Source: an uncultured virus (IMG/VR IMGVR_UViG_3300046329_000127) (lineage: Duplodnaviria > Heunggongvirae > Uroviricota > Caudoviricetes). Taken from it: a stretch of 64,000 nucleotides of DNA. The notes beneath the pieces were generated by a model. It searched no databases, was not told the DNA's origin, and saw nothing but the letters and a program-made list of their open reading frames with translations. Shown piece by piece: positions 58,228 to 64,000 of the stretch. Each line of letters opens with the position of its first letter. Position 1 is the first letter of the stretch. Where the stretch lies: the IMG/VR virus record IMGVR_UViG_3300046329_000127; one strand, given 5' to 3'. The position numbers and the translations under genes were made by a program.

Positions 58228-59325
58228 GTGAGCAAATTCAAGTCAAGCGATCGCATCCGTAGAGCGAAACATGAAAAGAATTACACGGTGATCTTAAACG
58301 CAACCATCCAAGATAGCCGCCTATCTTGGAAAGCTAGAGGGTTACACCATTACATTTTAAGCTTGCCTGATGACTGGGACATCTGCATAGCTCACCTGTC
58401 CGAACAGTCCCTAAATGATGGCATCGCGATCGTAAAGTCAGCGCTAAAAGAGCTAGAAACTTTTGGGTATTTATCAAAAGTTAGACTAAAAGATGAGCGT
58501 GGCAGGTTTTTAAAATGCGTTTGGGACATATACGAGACTCCACAAGTCGATTTTCAACTTATGGATAAAACTAGCGCTAATAGAGCGTCTCAAGAATCAC
58601 CACAAGTCGATTTTCCACAAGTGGACAAACCACAAGTGGACAAACCACAAGTGGACAAACCACAAGTGGACAAACCACAAGTGGGAAATCAATCACTAAT
58701 AAGTAATAAAGAAACAAGTACTGAAGAAGAAAACACAAGAGGGGAAAATGTATATGCGCCGATCGCTGAAATCTTGATCGAACCGATTCAACCAGTGCAA
58801 CAAACTTTAATTGCTGACATGGCAGAAGAAAAAGAGACTCCAATCCCCCCTACCCCCCTTGCCTCTTTACCGCCCGAAAATAGCGAACTGGCGATCGCTG
58901 AAACCGTAAAACCAAAAAGGCGAACAGTAGAGTCAGACGATCTAGAAGCCTATCTTCCTTTCTTGCTTGTTTGGAATCAGACAGCCCCTAGCCATTGGGA
59001 TAGATACGAAAGACTAACCGTTGAGATGGTTGATGAATTAAAGAAATTCACTAAAGGAAAGAAAGCGGGAACCCTAGAGATTTTTGAAGAAGGGTTGTTA
59101 GAGGTGGCGAGAGATCCGTTTCTAGGCTCTACGAAGTGTGAGGGTTGGCGGTTCTGCTCTTACTTCACCAACAATAAGCCCAGAAAATATTCTGGATATT
59201 ACAGGGAAAAACAAGCCCGATCGCAACAGTTCCAAACCCAAAACAACAGCGATCGCCCCATGACGCAATCCGACATCCGCAAAGCTGAAACCTACTTGAA
59301 ATACAAGCAGGCATTAACAGCATGA
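58228..59325 (+). CDS. Phage replication initiator (HTH, lambda O-like organisation)
   Basis: NYTVILN..IQDSRLSWKARGL..ILSLPDDW; internal repeats. Confidence 0.8.
   Translation: MSKFKSSDRIRRAKHEKNYTVILNATIQDSRLSWKARGLHHYILSLPDDWDICIAHLSEQSLNDGIAIVKSALKELETFGYLSKVRLKDERGRFLKCVWDIYETPQVDFQLMDKTSANRASQESPQVDFPQVDKPQVDKPQVDKPQVDKPQVGNQSLISNKETSTEEENTRGENVYAPIAEILIEPIQPVQQTLIADMAEEKETPIPPTPLASLPPENSELAIAETVKPKRRTVESDDLEAYLPFLLVWNQTAPSHWDRYERLTVEMVDELKKFTKGKKAGTLEIFEEGLLEVARDPFLGSTKCEGWRFCSYFTNNKPRKYSGYYREKQARSQQFQTQNNSDRPMTQSDIRKAETYLKYKQALTA
58540..58689 (+). repeat. 15-bp tandem repeats CCACAAGTGGACAAA (putative origin iterons)
   Basis: Units at 58600, 58615, 58630, 58645, 58660, 58675 plus 58540; TTTTCCACA at 58611. 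Confidence 0.85.
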
Positions 59326-60080
59326 TTAATCAAGACGTTTACCTAGAGGTGATTACGGAGCTATCAGAGCATTTCAAAAAAGAGTTGTCTCCCATGTTTG
59401 TAAAAGCTCTTTACAAAAAACTCTCAGAGCAACTTGATACCGATGAGTTCTTGGATGCAACCGAAAAAGCAATCACTGGCAGATTTTTCCCTGATGCCGA
59501 TCAACTAATCGACTCAGTACTTGGCACAGTCGAAGAACGCGCCGAACGTGAATGGCAAGACATAGACACAGCCTTCTCAGTAGTGGGCTTAAAAGCACTG
59601 AACGCGATCGGCGGATGGTGGTACATCAAGCACCAATGCACACAACCCGCGATCGCCCGTAAGGACTTCATTGAGTCATACACCCGTCATGCCAAGGGTG
59701 CGAGTCGTGAGGAATTTGAATTACCTGATATTGGATGGTATTTAGAACCCGCCAAGGACGATCGCAAATGGAGCTATCTACCAGTTGGGACTAAGCGAAA
59801 CAAGCAAACGCAACAAGTTGAGACCAGATGGGACAAGGTTTATCTTGATGAGGCTTTCGCGCCTGACGAGATCGAACAAGTGGACAGCAACGTATGGATA
59901 TTTGAATATCTTGACAGGTATGCAAGAAGGCATTTGAGGTTAGCGGATGGCATTCATACCAGAGCTAATACCGATGTCCCTTATGTTTGGAATCACTATG
60001 CCCATCCAAGTATTGAGTGGCTTGATAGCCGCGCAAGGCTGTATCTCAAGAATTTAGAGGGAACCGATAATGAGTTTTGA
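59322..60080 (+). CDS. Putative helicase loader / replication accessory protein
   Basis: Between initiator and helicase; RFFP..L motif. Confidence 0.5.
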   Translation: MINQDVYLEVITELSEHFKKELSPMFVKALYKKLSEQLDTDEFLDATEKAITGRFFPDADQLIDSVLGTVEERAEREWQDIDTAFSVVGLKALNAIGGWWYIKHQCTQPAIARKDFIESYTRHAKGASREEFELPDIGWYLEPAKDDRKWSYLPVGTKRNKQTQQVETRWDKVYLDEAFAPDEIEQVDSNVWIFEYLDRYARRHLRLADGIHTRANTDVPYVWNHYAHPSIEWLDSRARLYLKNLEGTDNEF

Positions 60081-62574
60081 TTTATTTAAGGGTAGCTGCC
60101 CCGTATGCAATGGCGAACACAAAAGTTGCAGGCAAGTTGGAAAAACCATACTTTGCCGATCCGAATTGCCAGCACCGATTGGATACAAGATTATTGGCAA
60201 AGATAGCAATGAATTATTTACAAGATATGCCCCTGCTTTTGACTGTCCGATTTGCGGCGGAAGCCATGATACTTGTTGGCAAAGTGGCGATCTGATTCAT
60301 TGCCAATCTCACAACTCACCGCCCCAAGGCTACAAACAGGTCAAAGATGACGTAAAGGGTTTTGCCATGTATGCCCTAATTAGCAGCAGCAAAAGCTCTA
60401 ATCGCAGTGACAAAGAGCCAGTATTAACAATTCAGCAACGTGACGCAAAGATTCGATCCTGTGACAACAAGTTAAGCGATCGCCAAATCGCCGACCTAAC
60501 CAGACGGGGGCTAACCACAGAGCAAATCAACTACGCAGTTAGTAAGCATTGGTTATTTGCCCTTGATAATGGCTATGGCATATCAGCGATCGATGCAACC
60601 ACAGGAATGTTTTGCGGCGCACAGAAAGCCAATGACGATCGCGGGACTGCTAAGTACACATGGGGCGTATTTTCGGGAGACAACAAACTCAACGAAACCA
60701 GAGAAAACCCTTTGTTTCTATGGGTACACCCTAAATTCGATCATTCCAAGCCTTACGAGATTAAGTACACCGAGGGAGCCTTAAAGAGCCTGATCCGTAG
60801 CTTCTTTGAGTGGAAAACAAACCGCAACATAATTGTCATTGGTGCGGCGGCTGGCATATTTGGTAAGAACGGACTTGATCGCATCTTCCAGAAATACCCC
60901 AAGGCGATCGCCCATACACTCCTTTGCGATGCCAACACACAGGATGAGAAAAAGCTAAACATCCTGACCGCTTACAAGAATTTGGCGGTACACGTTCCCA
61001 AAGTGTTATTTGCAGACTGGGGACAATGGCAGGATAAAACCAAGGGTGATTGTGATGAAACCTTGGGTACTGATGCTTTCGATAAGTACGAACTGCGATC
61101 GCCTAGTGACTGGCTAGACTTCTTCCGAGGCAGTGGACTTTTAGACCTTGCCAGCGATCCTACTGATGACATTGACCCCGAATCTTTTGTAATTGGCTCA
61201 CTTTTACTAGCGCCAAGGCAAATTACAGTCGTTACGGGTATCATTGCAACCCCTGAAGCATTTCAAGACCCTCTATGTCGCGAAATTTGCACAGCACTTT
61301 ACGGACTAACCCAAAAGAATCAGCCAATTGATGTCCTGAGTGTCCACAAAGTCCTTACTGATAAAAGCTTAAGCGACAAAATCAGCCAAAAGTATCTAGT
61401 TTCACTCAAAGATCGGGCTAACCAGTTTGGTGATGTCGATATCGAGTATCAGGCTCAAATTATTGGTGATCGCTACACCTTGAGGTTAGGCGAACAGCTT
61501 GGTAATGATGTTGCGAGATTGTATGCGAGTGGTGGTGATGTTAAACAGGCGATCGCGGAATCTCAAAAGAAATTAGCTGAGTTCGCCAACAAAAGCACAA
61601 CGTCTGAGGGATTCGTTAATGCTGGCGAAATTCTCAGAAAACAGATTGACAAAATAGAGCAGGAAAAAGCGGAACAGGAAAAGCTAGAGCAGAAGTATTT
61701 AAGCACTGGTATTCCAGAGGTTGACGAGAAACTAGAAATGGAACGTGGCTCTATGGTGGGCGTGGTTGCTGTCTCTAGTCACGGTAAAACCACATGGGCT
61801 TTTTATGTCGCTCAACATCTTGCAGTGGCTTTAAAGGAAACGGTTTTAATCTGTTCCCTTGAAGTTGGTAAAAGTCGCGCCGCCACTAAGTTCGCTCAGA
61901 TGGAAACAGGCTTTACCAATCGCATGATTAAGCAAAATACTTTCTTTGTGTCACAGGAGAACACTTTTGAGGCAGTCGTCCAAGCCTATGAGGGCGGACG
62001 GATTTACATCTACGATTCCAGTCCAGTAGTTGAGGATATCTGTAATGAAATCAAGGCTTTTGTCGCCCAAAATGGCACTGTTGGAGCCGTGTTTATTGAC
62101 TACTTGCAACTACTCTCACCACTAAAGCAAACCAATGATCCGCGCCGCGATCTTGACCACTGCCTTGTTACTCTGGACAATTTGCGGAAGGAACTCAAGA
62201 TCACCATGTTCCTGCTATTACAACCGACTGGGGCTGTCGAAGCTAGGCAAGATAAGCGCCCCAAACTTGCAGACAGCAAGGAAACCAGTATGACTCGCCA
62301 AATTGTCGATATTGGGCTTTATCTCTATCGGGACGATCGCTACAACCCACAGTCAAGCGACCGAGGCTTGATCGAGATTGGCTGCGAAAAGAACCGCGAT
62401 TACGAAGCGGGATGGGTAGTTAAGCCAACTTTTGACGGCGCTAGAAGTCGGATCGGTAATTCTTTTGTCTCAATCCTTGACCAGCAGAAAGCGGATTATG
62501 TGCCGCCACAGCAATTATCAACAGTTCCAGTTCCAGAATACGATCCAAACCTAGATGAATGGGAAACAATTTAA
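60070..62574 (+). CDS. Primase-helicase fusion (two Zn fingers, Toprim, DnaB-like helicase)
   Basis: CPVC/CPIC repeats, YTEGALKS, AVSSHGKTT, SLE, VFIDYLQLL, KRPKLAD, EKNR. Confidence 0.88.
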   Translation: MSFDLFKGSCPVCNGEHKSCRQVGKTILCRSELPAPIGYKIIGKDSNELFTRYAPAFDCPICGGSHDTCWQSGDLIHCQSHNSPPQGYKQVKDDVKGFAMYALISSSKSSNRSDKEPVLTIQQRDAKIRSCDNKLSDRQIADLTRRGLTTEQINYAVSKHWLFALDNGYGISAIDATTGMFCGAQKANDDRGTAKYTWGVFSGDNKLNETRENPLFLWVHPKFDHSKPYEIKYTEGALKSLIRSFFEWKTNRNIIVIGAAAGIFGKNGLDRIFQKYPKAIAHTLLCDANTQDEKKLNILTAYKNLAVHVPKVLFADWGQWQDKTKGDCDETLGTDAFDKYELRSPSDWLDFFRGSGLLDLASDPTDDIDPESFVIGSLLLAPRQITVVTGIIATPEAFQDPLCREICTALYGLTQKNQPIDVLSVHKVLTDKSLSDKISQKYLVSLKDRANQFGDVDIEYQAQIIGDRYTLRLGEQLGNDVARLYASGGDVKQAIAESQKKLAEFANKSTTSEGFVNAGEILRKQIDKIEQEKAEQEKLEQKYLSTGIPEVDEKLEMERGSMVGVVAVSSHGKTTWAFYVAQHLAVALKETVLICSLEVGKSRAATKFAQMETGFTNRMIKQNTFFVSQENTFEAVVQAYEGGRIYIYDSSPVVEDICNEIKAFVAQNGTVGAVFIDYLQLLSPLKQTNDPRRDLDHCLVTLDNLRKELKITMFLLLQPTGAVEARQDKRPKLADSKETSMTRQIVDIGLYLYRDDRYNPQSSDRGLIEIGCEKNRDYEAGWVVKPTFDGARSRIGNSFVSILDQQKADYVPPQQLSTVPVPEYDPNLDEWETI

Positions 62575-62575
62575 A

Positions 62576-63082
62576 ATGCCTGACACACTAATCCACAAGC
62601 CAACCAACACGCTATTTCTTAGCACCAAAAAGAACAAAGCTGGCGATCGCTATGCCACTCAATCTATGGCAATATTCCCCGTTGCTGAGTGCGAAGAATG
62701 GAAAGAAAACTTTCCCATGCTGGCGATCTCCATGCCGCCAGAAATCAATCAAGTAGTGGCACATGGCAATCATGTTTTTACTGTACTGAATCGATCTCGT
62801 GACAAGGAAACCCAAAAAGCAAGACTATGGCACGAATGGGATGCAAACACTCGTACAGGGCAATGGTATTGGATGGAAGAGTGTTCACTGGTAAGCGATA
62901 GACTTATTGAGGGATGGGTAGAGGCGATCGCCCTAGAGCGTGTTCTACATAAAGAAGACTCTCCCGAATACCGAGCGATGATCGCCAATGTTCCCGAACC
63001 AATTCGTGATCTTTGTATAGTGCGATCGTTTAACAAGATTCTCGCCAAAATGCCAATAGGTAAAGAAGGTGAGTGGTTTTAG
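62576..63082 (+). CDS. Hypothetical protein
   Basis: ORF after the helicase. Confidence 0.6.
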   Translation: MPDTLIHKPTNTLFLSTKKNKAGDRYATQSMAIFPVAECEEWKENFPMLAISMPPEINQVVAHGNHVFTVLNRSRDKETQKARLWHEWDANTRTGQWYWMEECSLVSDRLIEGWVEAIALERVLHKEDSPEYRAMIANVPEPIRDLCIVRSFNKILAKMPIGKEGEWF

Positions 63083-63139
63083 GTGCAATTTTTTATCTCA
63101 CAAATTACCACTTTTAGTAAGTGGTAATTTGATCTTAAT

Positions 63140-63319
63140 ATGACATCAGTTAAAGCCAATAAAAAACACATGGCAATAAAACAAAGATGGTGGCGACCGA
63201 GGCTGCCTGACTCAATGGTTGACCCCATTATCAAAAAGCTGACAGCTAAATGGGAACTAAAAACCGAGTCAGAATTGATAACAAAGCTTCTGCTTGATGC
63301 AGACAAAAAGGTGAAGTGA
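63140..63319 (+). CDS. 59-aa RHH-like protein (not in track)
   Basis: WWRPRLPDSMVD...TESELITKLL. Confidence 0.45.
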   Translation: MTSVKANKKHMAIKQRWWRPRLPDSMVDPIIKKLTAKWELKTESELITKLLLDADKKVK

Positions 63320-63478
63320 TGCAAGTCAACGTAACCGCCGAACACATCAAGCAAGCCACGACATTCCCATATACCTCACCCGTTTCAAGGCGGAAGTACT
63401 TGCCTGTCTTGATGCAGAACAAGAAGCTAGACACAGGCTTAAATTACTGGTTACAGCACATCATTTTGAGAGGATTTC

Positions 63479-63619
63479 ATGTCTTTAAATAAAGTACATC
63501 TAGTCGGTAGAGCAGGACGCGAACCTGAAGTCAAATATTTTGATTCTGGAAAGATGGTTTGTAACTTCGCGATCGCCGTCAATTGCACTAAAATAGAAAC
63601 AGATTGGTTTGATTTCTAG
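63479..63619 (+). pseudogene. ssb: Truncated cyanobacterial-type SSB (46 aa)
   Basis: MSLNKVHLVGRAGREPEVKYFDSGKMVCNFAIAVN...TDWF then stop. Confidence 0.8.
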
Positions 63620-63621
63620 TT

Positions 63622-63843
63622 ATGAAATTAGAATCTCTCAGTCATCCCAACGACGATCGTCAATTAGTCAGCGATGCTTGTTTTTATGTTGGATGGCAAT
63701 TACGATCGCCTAACTCATGGGAATACTTCAATGTTTTTACAGGCGATCGCAATGTAGTCACAATCCCTGAATTAATTCAGGCTATCAATGCTAAACGCGA
63801 TCGGCTAAATCCTAAAGTCGTATCAATCAACAAATTCCCTTAA
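63622..63843 (+). CDS. Hypothetical protein
   Basis: ORF context. Confidence 0.55.
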   Translation: MKLESLSHPNDDRQLVSDACFYVGWQLRSPNSWEYFNVFTGDRNVVTIPELIQAINAKRDRLNPKVVSINKFP

Positions 63844-63858
63844 AACCGCAGATAAATT

Positions 63859-64000
63859 ATGCTCCATTTTGTAATCCCTCAACATTCATTTTCGATCGCG
63901 CTTGATGAAGTCAAAAACGCAGTAGCTTCACGCCCAACGCATCCAATCCTAGCCAATGTCAGGTTAGATGCTGATGCTAAAACCCAAACACTGACCTTAA
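63859..64000 (+). CDS. dnaN: Second beta-clamp gene, 5' end (runs off window)
   Basis: AVASRPTHPILANVRLDAD...QTLTL. Confidence 0.8.
   Translation, partial: MLHFVIPQHSFSIALDEVKNAVASRPTHPILANVRLDADAKTQTLTL

Noticed and set aside
58540..58689. Tandem repeats as a CRISPR array
   Set aside because: No spacers; in-frame 15-bp units inside a replication gene
1..64000. GCGATCGC abundance as a novel repeat
   Set aside because: It is the known cyanobacterial HIP1 octamer
1..64000. tRNA, rRNA, integrase, portal, protelomerase
   Set aside because: None recognised by eye; they may be divergent or outside the window

Overview
The whole window looks like part of a tailed cyanophage or phage-plasmid genome. 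The HIP1 octamer GCGATCGC is pervasive and HU, SSB and DnaN are cyanobacterial-type, so the host is probably a HIP1-rich cyanobacterium. Recognisable modules: packaging (intein-containing TerL, TerS-like, two ParB-N proteins), head and tail (capsid, scaffold, tail tube, tape measure, baseplate/fibre genes, scattered over both strands), replication (initiator with iterons, primase-helicase, two DnaN-like genes, gp32-like SSB), nucleotide metabolism (dcd, kinase, thyX), a DNA methyltransferase, and a left-end HerA/VirB4-like ATPase + membrane protein + SNase module. No portal, integrase, protelomerase, tRNA or CRISPR array was recognised. Best leads: (1) two paralogous radical-SAM genes, each next to a very basic protein with a shared acidic DLEP-x-QMG leader, in the terminase/ParB region; (2) a five-copy 5'-leader RNA motif with a covarying pseudoknot in front of virion genes; (3) an early anti-defence cluster (AcrIII-1/DUF1874 plus a 2H phosphoesterase); (4) a perfect 116-bp palindrome at the window start (hairpin telomere or artefact); (5) repeated promoter cassettes. 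All product calls come from motif recognition by eye; no searches were run.
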